NCBI GenBank assembly: GCA_030167145.1
Contig: CP126532.1
Location: 30,001-62,000 of the forward strand
Length of the DNA: 32,000 bases
Source of the DNA: Ktedonobacterales bacterium
GTDB taxonomy: Bacteria; Chloroflexota; Ktedonobacteria; Ktedonobacterales; JADMIN01
Direction of reading: 5' to 3'
In this document: positions 23,574 through 31,938 of the stretch, piece after piece
Layout of the letters: the number at the start of each line of letters is the position of its first letter
Position numbering within the stretch: position 1 is the first letter of the stretch
The notes under the pieces: model-generated
The model's database searches: none
What the model was told of the DNA's origin: nothing
What the model saw: only the letters and a program-made list of their open reading frames with translations
Program-made: the position numbers and the translations under genes

Positions 23574-25844
23574 GTGGCACGTCTGTCTTCAAAATCCCAA
23601 ACTACCTCGTATCGTGGGAGCCAGGTCATTTTTGCGTTGCTTACATTCCTGCTTGTTTTTCTTCTCATGTTTAGCCTAGCATCTGATCCTCTAGCTTCGG
23701 CGCTCCATGCGTTACGTCGCAATGCCAGCCCGATATTCTCTGGCAATCTCGTGTTCCTATCGATGTTTCTGCTCATTCCTCTGGTTTCATGTACCATAGT
23801 CTTGGTAGTGACGCCACTGGCTGTCCATGCTCTTCGTGTGCTTCTGTATGCTCATCGCTTACATCGGTACCTCGACCAGTACCTGCGAGTCTATGCTCCT
23901 CTCTGGCGTCTGGGCGTTGAGCCTTACGGTACTACATTTAGCGCATCAGGGCAGGCTCAAATTCGTGGTCAGGATGCATCGTCGAAGGCACTTAGCGACA
24001 TACTCAAGGCCTTGCCCTATGTTCAATTGATTGGCGATTCGGGAACAGGCAAATCTCTCTCGCTCTTGATCTATGCGCACCATTTGACTCGTCGCCGTTC
24101 CATAGCTTCGCTGATCTGGGGACGATCTCCACTGCCGCTGCTGCTTTCACTGAGCAATGGCGACTTTTCTGAACAATCCGGGCCGTCGCTCCTGACAAGG
24201 CTGCTAATGGAGCAGATAGCAGTATTTGGCACATCTGGGCTTGTTTCTGAAATGCCGAACGTACTGCGCCGAAGCCATATCGCCATCCTCTGTGATGGGC
24301 TGGACAAAATCCCTGTGCAAATGCGCCACTCGTTTTGTAAGGAACTCGCATCAATAGCTGCACAACCCGGTAAGCAACGAGTGGTAACGACTTGTCATCT
24401 TCAGAGCTACTTGGAGAATCCAACAAGCTGCCGAGCATTACATTCCTTTGAACGTGTGATGATTGGCGGCATGCCACTTCGCGCTGTGGATTCTGTTATG
24501 TGTTCACCCAAGACTGGTGGGGTGCGAGGTAAAGGCGGAGCAAGTGCCTTCGATGAGCAGCTGGTTGGCCATGCGCTCGACGCGGTGATTTCGGTTCCCG
24601 CATACCTCGATCAGGTGCGTCGGCTTCGACTAGCAGAGCAGGCATTGCCATACGGCCGAAATGAACTCAGTCAAATTTTTGTCGAAGCAGTCTCACACGA
24701 GATGGCTACCGACACAATGCCTGCTGAGCGAATACGTCACGTTCTTGCTGACTTTGCGATTACACTAATCGAAACGGGTGCAGATGGCATTCCACTTCTC
24801 CACTATACGTCGCCAGGTGTAGCCATCTGGATGTGGCTACGCGATCACGGTCCATCATCCCAAGAGGATGCATGCGCGGATTTAGATATGTCGGCGGCTG
24901 AAACTCTAGTCCAGCGTGCATACGCTGTTGGGGTATTCTGTTTGAGCGCGAGTGGTCTCCAAGTTGGTTTCGCGAACAGCGTGATTCAGGCTAGTTTTGC
25001 TGCACACTGGCTCGCTACCAATTTTGAGCACGCGAAATCTATTGACCCCAATTATATGCATGCTCGTTGGCACATGCCATTCGCTCTGTGGAGTGCTCTG
25101 CCGTCAGCGCCAGCAAATATCGCGAGCCTTGTGCTCGAATTGGCTAATGACCCGCTTACTGCTGCATTGTATGCTGACTTGCCCTCACAAGCGGATGTAT
25201 ATCCCACACTGCTCTCGGTCTCGCTCATGACCGGGATAGAGCGTATGACAAATTTCGCCGCGCGATCTGCAGCAGATCCAGCATTTCAACGTGGCGCTGA
25301 CATTGCTGAACAGCAGCTACGCGGCACTCTTGACCAAATGCAACGCTACATTTCCGATCAGGAACACGCTGAGCGGATGGTTGCCAACCTTCACATTGTC
25401 GAACGCGCCTCCGGCGTCAGTCTTCTCGCGGGTATAGATTTTCTCGTGTGTCGCTCTCAGATAAGCCGACTCGCTCGTGGTCAACTCATTATGTTGCTTG
25501 GTCTCATCGGTTCACGCGCTGCTCTTGGATCACTTATGGAACTAATGCGCGACCCTGACGTTGTTATTCGCCAAGCAATAGGCCAAGCGTTAGCCATAGT
25601 CGGCGACAAGGCCGAGCCTATGTTGCGGCGGGGCCTGAAGCATGTTGATGTACGTGTGCGTGTCCACTCTGCAGAGATATTGACATATCTTACTCCACCA
25701 TCTGGTCCTCATGATCCAGACGATGACGACACGAGCTATTTTCAAGATGACGTACCACTGCGAACTTCGCCATTGCGCACCTTAAGCACCACGCACGCGC
25801 TCTCAACATGCAACACCGACGCGCCTGAGCAGGAACATGCCTGA
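23574..25844 (+). CDS. membrane-anchored NACHT-type STAND NTPase with C-terminal HEAT repeats
   Basis: 756 aa, GTG start with GGAG 9 nt upstream. There are two hydrophobic segments (aa 18-36 and 54-85). Walker A is LIGDSGTGKS (nt 24033-24056) and Walker B is AILCDGLDK (nt 24294-24308), followed by RVVTTCH (the NACHT ...TSR position). A winged-helix-like VGFANSVIQASFAAHWLA is present. HEAT/PBS-lyase-like repeats span aa ~632-706 (nt ~25467-25691), followed by an acidic tail. Confidence 0.75.
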   Translation: MARLSSKSQTTSYRGSQVIFALLTFLLVFLLMFSLASDPLASALHALRRNASPIFSGNLVFLSMFLLIPLVSCTIVLVVTPLAVHALRVLLYAHRLHRYLDQYLRVYAPLWRLGVEPYGTTFSASGQAQIRGQDASSKALSDILKALPYVQLIGDSGTGKSLSLLIYAHHLTRRRSIASLIWGRSPLPLLLSLSNGDFSEQSGPSLLTRLLMEQIAVFGTSGLVSEMPNVLRRSHIAILCDGLDKIPVQMRHSFCKELASIAAQPGKQRVVTTCHLQSYLENPTSCRALHSFERVMIGGMPLRAVDSVMCSPKTGGVRGKGGASAFDEQLVGHALDAVISVPAYLDQVRRLRLAEQALPYGRNELSQIFVEAVSHEMATDTMPAERIRHVLADFAITLIETGADGIPLLHYTSPGVAIWMWLRDHGPSSQEDACADLDMSAAETLVQRAYAVGVFCLSASGLQVGFANSVIQASFAAHWLATNFEHAKSIDPNYMHARWHMPFALWSALPSAPANIASLVLELANDPLTAALYADLPSQADVYPTLLSVSLMTGIERMTNFAARSAADPAFQRGADIAEQQLRGTLDQMQRYISDQEHAERMVANLHIVERASGVSLLAGIDFLVCRSQISRLARGQLIMLLGLIGSRAALGSLMELMRDPDVVIRQAIGQALAIVGDKAEPMLRRGLKHVDVRVRVHSAEILTYLTPPSGPHDPDDDDTSYFQDDVPLRTSPLRTLSTTHALSTCNTDAPEQEHA

Positions 25845-25896
25845 TGCGAAGTCCTGAACAAAATGCCCCGTAGTCAGTATGTGCGCCGATAACTTG

Positions 25897-26715
25897 TTAG
25901 GTTTGAGGCAGAAGTAGGTGATGTGAACGCGCCCGCACAATCTGCGTGTCGCTCCTGTTGTGCAGAATATGCTGTTCCACGATAAGCCTACGCGATCCCG
26001 CGTGTGCAATCGCCGTCTCTATCCGAAGCTCATCCCCTGGCAATACCGGCTGCAAATATTCGATTGCATAGTACCGAGGCATGACGGTGCGCGTCGAAAA
26101 TATGGATGTCGCTGTCACTGTCTCATCTAGCGCCTCCGCCAGCCAGTCGCCGTAAACACAGTTATTAATATGTTGATTGGTATCCGCCTCATATTTTCGT
26201 GCTGTGAGGTACAGCTTGTTGTGAACCAGTGGACCGTCTCCAGGCGCAACAATGTCGAGCTTGCGAACTTGCATCGAATTGCCCATTGTATCGAAGCGTG
26301 TCAGCATTTCCTCCGGGACACGCTGCGGTGCTCCCTGATGCCGATCAATATAAGCCCACCGCCCTCGCGCGCGCGCCACCACTTGTCCATTCTGAGGATT
26401 CCAGACAATATACTCACGATGGGCTTGCACTCGCCGCCACTCCGACAGCCAGGTCGCCATTGCTAATTGCTTGTCAATTCCTGGCAAGGCGCCGAGCAGG
26501 ATAGACATCTCTCGGACGACCCACGCAGTTCCTTGGCGCTTATACCACTCGTGATCATAGCCACGCTCAGCCGAGGCATCGGTAGCCAAATATTCCAGAT
26601 AACGCAGCAATGTGCCTAGACTTATGCGGCCATTACTTCCTGCCTCATAACTGCGCACACGCGTGGCTGCGTGATAGGTATCCTCTAGCGTTAAGGATTC
26701 TGGCACGAGCCTCAT
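25897..26715 (-). CDS. acyl-ACP thioesterase-family protein (double hotdog)
   Basis: 272 aa. The N-terminal pattern YHAATRVRSYEAGSNGRISLGTLLRYLEYLATDASAERGYDHEWYKRQGTAWVVREMSI fits the acyl-ACP thioesterase/4HBT tandem-hotdog family. Its start overlaps the upstream gene's stop as ATGA. Confidence 0.7.
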   Translation of the reverse strand: MRLVPESLTLEDTYHAATRVRSYEAGSNGRISLGTLLRYLEYLATDASAERGYDHEWYKRQGTAWVVREMSILLGALPGIDKQLAMATWLSEWRRVQAHREYIVWNPQNGQVVARARGRWAYIDRHQGAPQRVPEEMLTRFDTMGNSMQVRKLDIVAPGDGPLVHNKLYLTARKYEADTNQHINNCVYGDWLAEALDETVTATSIFSTRTVMPRYYAIEYLQPVLPGDELRIETAIAHAGSRRLIVEQHILHNRSDTQIVRARSHHLLLPQT

Positions 26716-27260
26716 ATTCGCGCCTCTGTGCTACTACTGCCATACTTCGCTTCGAGATACCGCGCAAGAATAAACACCACGTCCGACAACCTATTGAGAT
26801 AACGCACGAGATCTGTATTGGAGGTGACATGCTCGTGCAATAGCCGTGCCGTCATCCGTTCCGCGCGCCGAATAATGGTGCGTGCTAAATCCAGAGCCGC
26901 CCCATCCACCGAGTCGCCAGGAATTATGAACTTGTTCGGAATCTCGACTTCAGCCTTGAGATCTTCCTCGATTTGCTCCAACCACGCCACGTGCGCTTCG
27001 GTGACTCGCATCCCCACCGCGTCCAGGTGTTCCGACGGTGTCGCGAGTTCTGCCATCAGAACATATAAGTCACGTTGCATATGCAGAATCACTTCGCGCG
27101 CTTTACTGTCGGAGGTAGTTGCGCGTGCCAGACCGAGTGCCGACGTTGCCTCATCCACCGTGCCAAATGTGTCAGGTCGTTCATCATACTTCGGCACGCG
27201 CTGTTCGCCAAGCAGACTTGTAAAGCCAGCATCACCCGTGCCAGTGGTGACTTTCGCCAT
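26712..27260 (-). CDS. ATP:cob(I)alamin adenosyltransferase, PduO type
   Basis: I take the start at ATG 27260 (MAKVTTGTGDAGFTSLLGEQRVPKYDERPDTFGTVDEATSALGLA), which has GAGG 6 nt upstream. The track ORF extends to 27323. The rest matches the PduO/MMAB-type helical bundle (LYVLMAELA, IIPG, ARTIIRRAER). Confidence 0.9.
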   Translation of the reverse strand: MAKVTTGTGDAGFTSLLGEQRVPKYDERPDTFGTVDEATSALGLARATTSDSKAREVILHMQRDLYVLMAELATPSEHLDAVGMRVTEAHVAWLEQIEEDLKAEVEIPNKFIIPGDSVDGAALDLARTIIRRAERMTARLLHEHVTSNTDLVRYLNRLSDVVFILARYLEAKYGSSSTEARI

Positions 27261-27434
27261 GATATACCTCTTCTCAGCTGTGATTGCTAAGGTCAGAATT
27301 GACCTCCCAAACCGCAGGTCCAAGAGTAAGTATAGCGCAGCCGCTCCGGCTGATCATTCCATAACTGTCCAAACCTATCCCATACACAACGCACGCTGGT
27401 TGACAATCAGAGTACAATACAAGCAAGACAATCG

Positions 27435-27450
27435 CCAGTGCATGCACTGG
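27435..27450. promoter_or_regulatory. perfect 16-bp palindrome CCAGTGCATGCACTGG abutting the response-regulator Shine-Dalgarno
   Basis: I read it directly and confirmed it equals its own reverse complement. GGAGGAG follows immediately (27449-27455), and the ATG is at 27466. Confidence 0.45.
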
Positions 27451-27465
27451 GAGGAGTGAGGATCC

Positions 27466-27834
27466 ATGGCTTCTCTCGTACCGATCCTGGCAGTGGATGA
27501 TAGCGCCTCCATACGTGAAATGATAGCTCTGGTTCTCGAACCGCATGGCTATCAGGTCATTACTGCCTCTAATGGTCAGGAAGCGTTGCGGAAATTGCAT
27601 GCCGCCACCGAGCCACATATCATCCTCTTAGACGTGGTCATGCCGCTCATGGACGGCATCGCGCTGTGCAACATCATCAAATCTGACCCACTACTGCGAA
27701 ACGCTGGGCACCATATCGTCCTCATGTCATCTACTAGTCGTTTGGCCGCACCCGACGTTCCCGGGGCCGTTAGCCATCTGGCCAAGCCCTTCTCGCGGCA
27801 AGATCTCATCACTACCGTCAATACGGTGCGGTAA
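27466..27834 (+). CDS. single-domain response regulator (CheY-like receiver only)
   Basis: 122 aa. It has the acidic pair AVDDS, the phospho-acceptor context IILLDVVMPLMDG, conserved LMSS, and the LAKPF lysine. There is no output domain. Confidence 0.9.
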   Translation: MASLVPILAVDDSASIREMIALVLEPHGYQVITASNGQEALRKLHAATEPHIILLDVVMPLMDGIALCNIIKSDPLLRNAGHHIVLMSSTSRLAAPDVPGAVSHLAKPFSRQDLITTVNTVR

Positions 27835-27890
27835 TTCCTACCGACGCGCTACAGATGTCGTGATATGCGCTGCCAAGAAAGCGTCTCCAT

Positions 27891-29510
27891 ATGACGGACA
27901 ATCCATCCACATCCCGCAAATCGCAAGATGCTAACAATTCTCTGCTCTCCCGTGGCGACGCCGATGACTATGGATGGAATAACGATAGTACGTGGGCCAA
28001 TACGTCCGCTCAGCCCCGCACTTGGCGCGACGAACTGCCCCGATGGCTTGCCACACTCAATCCTGGACGTACCCAACATGAGTACGAGAAGGCCGTCGGC
28101 TACTTTTTCTTGACAGTCGGCGTTCCACAAGAATTGCTCGCGCTCTCCTTCGACCTCTTGCTCGCCTATCGTGGCTCGCTTGCCATCCGGGCGATTCCAC
28201 GTGAGCGTGGGGCGGCACGCACCGTAGCTTCCGTAGATCCACTCCGCACGGCAATTCAGGCTCCTCAACACGCGCGAGTGGATGGTGCGTCGCAATCGGC
28301 CCCTGCGGACCACAACACACACGAGGCTTCTTCCGGGCGCGTGGGACCGCTCTCGCCCGCTACAGTAAATATTCGGCTTACCGCCTTATCGCGGTTCCTC
28401 ATCCATTGTGTTCAGGTGAGTACTTTACCCCAGCTATCTGTTGACCAGATTCATACTGCATTGAAGCGCTTGCACAACGACCGCCGCAGGCCCTATCAGA
28501 TACTTGCCGAATCCGAATGGAAGGACTTCTTAGCAGCAGCAATTCTTCCGATATCATTACCGTCGTCTGACAATTCAGGAGTGCGGAACGCTTTGCCCGA
28601 TTCGCCAGAACTTGCGGCGCTTCCTCACCAACGCAGCCCATGGGGCACTCCGCGTACTAGACGACGGGAAGCGCCATCAGGTTTAAATGACACAGATGAG
28701 GTCCACACTCGAATACCGAAATCGCGTGCTGGTTTGACTGGTGAGCACACCGCTCAGCGCGACTACGCATTGATTGCGCTCGCGCTTGCCACCGGCCTTC
28801 GCGCTATCGAATTGGCGTTGTTAGATGTAGGTGATCTTGTCCGCGAGTGGCATAATGGTCAGGAGGAGTGGTGGCTTGTACTGCCCGATCTAAAGACGAA
28901 AGGACAACATGGTGGCCGCACGTTGCCACTTGCCCCCGACCTCATACACACGCTATTCGCCTATGTTCGGGCGACTGGCCGCCGGTGGGAGCAGCCTGGA
29001 GACCATGCCACTCCGCTCTTTCTGTCAAGATCTACGCTTCGCGCTACGTCTTCCTCTGCTGAGAGTGCCGAGTTGCGCACAAGCAGCAGCAGCTTCTCGA
29101 CATATCGCCGCCTCTCTACACGCCAGATAGCCAGGATCGTTGACCGCATCGAATCACAATGGCTGGCGACTCGCCCAGATCTTGGGGGCAATGCAGGAAG
29201 CTATCGTATGGCAACAGGAGAGACGCGCGCGATCTCTCCACACGCGCTTCGTCATAGTGCAGCAATTGCACTGCTCGAAGGCAACGCTGCTGGTGGACGC
29301 CCGCCTGCCTCAGTAGAGCATGTACGCGGATGGCTGGGACATTTCGACATTCGCACGACGCAGGGTTATCTAGCACATCTGGAGTCACGCCAACACCGCC
29401 GTCCATTCACGATCTTGCCGCCAATTCAGCCGCAGAATGCCGAATCCGTCCCAAACGACCCCGGTTCTCAGCCCGGCACGAACGACAGTAGCGACGCCGG
29501 AACCGCATAA
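27891..29510 (+). CDS. tyrosine-type site-specific recombinase/integrase with low-complexity insertions
   Basis: 539 aa. The N-terminal SAM-like core-binding region includes HEYEKAVGYFF...LLAYRGSL and ATVNIRLTALSRFLIHC. Catalytic residues are in order: R (ATGLRAIEL), K (DLKTKGQHGGRTLPL), HxxR (HALRHSAA), H (WLGH), Y (TTQGYLAH). Confidence 0.85.
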   Translation: MTDNPSTSRKSQDANNSLLSRGDADDYGWNNDSTWANTSAQPRTWRDELPRWLATLNPGRTQHEYEKAVGYFFLTVGVPQELLALSFDLLLAYRGSLAIRAIPRERGAARTVASVDPLRTAIQAPQHARVDGASQSAPADHNTHEASSGRVGPLSPATVNIRLTALSRFLIHCVQVSTLPQLSVDQIHTALKRLHNDRRRPYQILAESEWKDFLAAAILPISLPSSDNSGVRNALPDSPELAALPHQRSPWGTPRTRRREAPSGLNDTDEVHTRIPKSRAGLTGEHTAQRDYALIALALATGLRAIELALLDVGDLVREWHNGQEEWWLVLPDLKTKGQHGGRTLPLAPDLIHTLFAYVRATGRRWEQPGDHATPLFLSRSTLRATSSSAESAELRTSSSSFSTYRRLSTRQIARIVDRIESQWLATRPDLGGNAGSYRMATGETRAISPHALRHSAAIALLEGNAAGGRPPASVEHVRGWLGHFDIRTTQGYLAHLESRQHRRPFTILPPIQPQNAESVPNDPGSQPGTNDSSDAGTA

Positions 29511-29520
29511 GCCGCTCCTG

Positions 29521-30501
29521 TCACACCCCCACATTGCGCTTGCGTATCCCGACGAGCGCTGGCGCAATCGTTGCGAATACAATGATGCACCCACCCAACA
29601 GTGTATGCGCAGTGGGTATTTCATGGAGAAACGCAAACGCGAAGATGATTCCCCATACAGGCTCTAGGCTAGCGACCAGACTCGCGAGTTGCGCTGTAAT
29701 ACTTTTGAGTCCTTCGATAAAAAGGGTATGCGCGAACGCTGTGCAGAACAAGCCAAGGCATATCAGCGCAACTAGTGCTTGGGGACGGAGTAATTGGACC
29801 GCAGGAAACCAAATCAGCGCGGGTAACAGGACAACAGCGGCGACAGTCTCTTGGTAAAGGCTGATGACGAGGCTTGAATAGTTGCGCGCCAACCAGCGAT
29901 TCAGCACCGAGAGCAGCGCAAAGGTCATGCCCGATACAAGTCCCCATAGCACGCCAACGGTGGTCGAATCCGTCACATCAAATACTGGTACCAGCAGATA
30001 AATACCTGGAATGATTGCCAGCGCCGCAAGCATCTGAGTCAAATTTGGCCGTTGTCGTAGCAAGATTGGCTCGAAGACAACGGTAAATAGCGGAAAACTC
30101 GAAAACGCGAGCAAACCAACCGCGACATTTGAAACATTGATGGCCTGGAAAAAGGTAGTCCAGTGTATAGCTAGCAATACGCCCTGAGAGAGCAGCACCG
30201 CAGCCTCACGAGTGGCATGCGGGCGAGTGTAGAGATGTAGCCAGCGAACCACAATCATAATGGCAAGTGAGGCAATCACGACACGGCCCAAGACAATAAG
30301 GGGGGCAGGCAAACCACTCAGTTTGCCTAATACGCCTGCGAATCCAAAAAGCATGACTGCCAGGTTGATATAGGCAAGCCTCCGCGCACGCGACCCCACC
30401 TCCATGCGATCAATCTGATTCACGTCAGACCCCACCGATAACTGCCCGCACGAGTTGAACTGCCTTCTACAAAGGGCGCTGATGTAGCGGCATGTTATCA
30501 C
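29521..30501 (-). CDS. DMT-superfamily (EamA-like) transporter
   Basis: It has about 10 hydrophobic helices in two EamA-like halves. The coordinates give the maximal ORF. A more likely start is ATG 30405 (MEVGSRARRLAYINLAVMLFG). Confidence 0.8.
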   Translation of the reverse strand: MITCRYISALCRRQFNSCGQLSVGSDVNQIDRMEVGSRARRLAYINLAVMLFGFAGVLGKLSGLPAPLIVLGRVVIASLAIMIVVRWLHLYTRPHATREAAVLLSQGVLLAIHWTTFFQAINVSNVAVGLLAFSSFPLFTVVFEPILLRQRPNLTQMLAALAIIPGIYLLVPVFDVTDSTTVGVLWGLVSGMTFALLSVLNRWLARNYSSLVISLYQETVAAVVLLPALIWFPAVQLLRPQALVALICLGLFCTAFAHTLFIEGLKSITAQLASLVASLEPVWGIIFAFAFLHEIPTAHTLLGGCIIVFATIAPALVGIRKRNVGV

Positions 30502-30600
30502 AATATCCAGTCCGAACCACCCGAAGCTAGCTTGTACTTTGCCACTGAAGGAGTTGGAAGGAGCGAAACAGTCATACGCCTCATACGGAACATCAACACA

Positions 30601-31938
30601 TTAGAAATTCAGGTGGCTGCGATGATACAGTAAATACAGCATTAGTGCCTGGCGATAGTCTTCCATCGTAGCGTCATGCGATGCGTTTACGCGGTCTGTA
30701 AGTGCGAGAATACCCTCAGCCAGCCGTAGATCGGCCTCATCCACAAATCCAGAGCGGCGGAGCGCATCAAGTACGGCATACGGATCGTCACCTTCAACTG
30801 GCACACCATAGCTGCGAGCAGCACGTCGCACATATGCTTCAAGCTGATATCGCAATTGCCAAAAGATGTGGCCGTCGGTCCGTTGCTCGGCTGGCGATGA
30901 TGCTGCACGCTGCGCTACAACTTGTGATGGTATGTCAGGCGTCAGTGCGGACGGCTGTGATCTGGCGCCAGGAGGCGGCCCAAAGCGAACCGGCTGATAG
31001 CTAGCGGCATTTTCACTTCCGAAAGGAAGCGGTGCAAAGTCGTTTTCATCTGGATGCATATCGCGAAGTACATCGCCATACAGATGATACAACTCTTCCG
31101 GGAGATCATGAGCCGATTGGCGCGAGGAGGCAGGAGGGCCAGCATATCGGTTGGAGTCGCCACGTATAATGGGTAGCGGACCGGTAGGTAGGTCAGTGAG
31201 AGGATGAACAGAGCCAGAGGCGGATGAACGCCCTCCTGTGTGCTGTCCAGTCCCCATGGGTAGGCCAGCTGCTGGAAGCGCTTGGTGCGCAGTGACAGGA
31301 ACGGTGGGATCGGCGATTCCATCTAACATATGCGACGGTCTACCACGTATCGAGGCGTCATTGCCCCCTCCCGCAGTCGCAGCCCGTGGCCCATGGTCGA
31401 ATCCATCACGTGCATTCGCGCTCCTCAATAGTGCAGCCTCGAGTACGCGCGTCTGATGACGTTCATCTTCTGGGTCATAGTGTGATCCGCGCTCGTGACT
31501 ACCCTGAGCATTGGTCCACGAAGCGGATTGTTGGCGCATTCCGAAATCAGATGCGCGCCCATTGACGAAAGCGATAAAATGGCGCTGAAACTCGCTGGCG
31601 ATACGAGGGATGCGCGTGCGTAATCCAGGCATGCGGCGTTGCATACGCGGATGTCGCAACACCGTATTGATCTCAAGATATCGTAGAAACAGGCGCTCGA
31701 TAAATCTGCGTAACTCAGGAGACGTGACATCAACACGCTGCAATTGCGTGAAGTTAACTGAAAGCAGAAACCGCTCTATTTCCTCTCCGGTAGCACGTGC
31801 GAGCGGACGTACACGAACAGCGTTAGATTGATAATCGTAGAATGCGGGATAGGCGCAGTGGAGGGCGAGATGAGTGGCTAATTCTGTGCGTAGCCGCTCC
31901 ATCTGGCGTGAATCCAGATCGCCAACACAAACCCCCAT
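30601..31938 (-). CDS. hypothetical protein: structured N- and C-terminal domains separated by a long Pro/Gly/Ser/Ala/Arg-rich disordered region
   Basis: 445-aa ORF with GAGGAG 10 nt upstream of the ATG. I recognise no motif. The coding call rests on ORF length, the SD, and non-shadow-like ordered termini. Confidence 0.55.
   Translation of the reverse strand: MGVCVGDLDSRQMERLRTELATHLALHCAYPAFYDYQSNAVRVRPLARATGEEIERFLLSVNFTQLQRVDVTSPELRRFIERLFLRYLEINTVLRHPRMQRRMPGLRTRIPRIASEFQRHFIAFVNGRASDFGMRQQSASWTNAQGSHERGSHYDPEDERHQTRVLEAALLRSANARDGFDHGPRAATAGGGNDASIRGRPSHMLDGIADPTVPVTAHQALPAAGLPMGTGQHTGGRSSASGSVHPLTDLPTGPLPIIRGDSNRYAGPPASSRQSAHDLPEELYHLYGDVLRDMHPDENDFAPLPFGSENAASYQPVRFGPPPGARSQPSALTPDIPSQVVAQRAASSPAEQRTDGHIFWQLRYQLEAYVRRAARSYGVPVEGDDPYAVLDALRRSGFVDEADLRLAEGILALTDRVNASHDATMEDYRQALMLYLLYHRSHLNF

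Noticed and set aside
27400-27418. TTGACA (27400-27405) plus TACAAT (27413-27418) as a canonical sigma-70 promoter pair
   Set aside because: The spacer is only 7 nt, not about 17, so the two hexamers cannot act as one promoter. TACAAT alone may still be a -10 element.
22810-30501. Treating the XRE/NACHT-to-integrase region as a defined integrative mobile element or genomic island
   Set aside because: I found no tRNA, flanking direct repeats, or phage/plasmid/transposase genes. Housekeeping-looking genes (adenosyltransferase, thioesterase) lie between the NACHT gene and the recombinase. Only the NACHT gene shows patchy low GC, so the boundaries cannot be supported from sequence alone.
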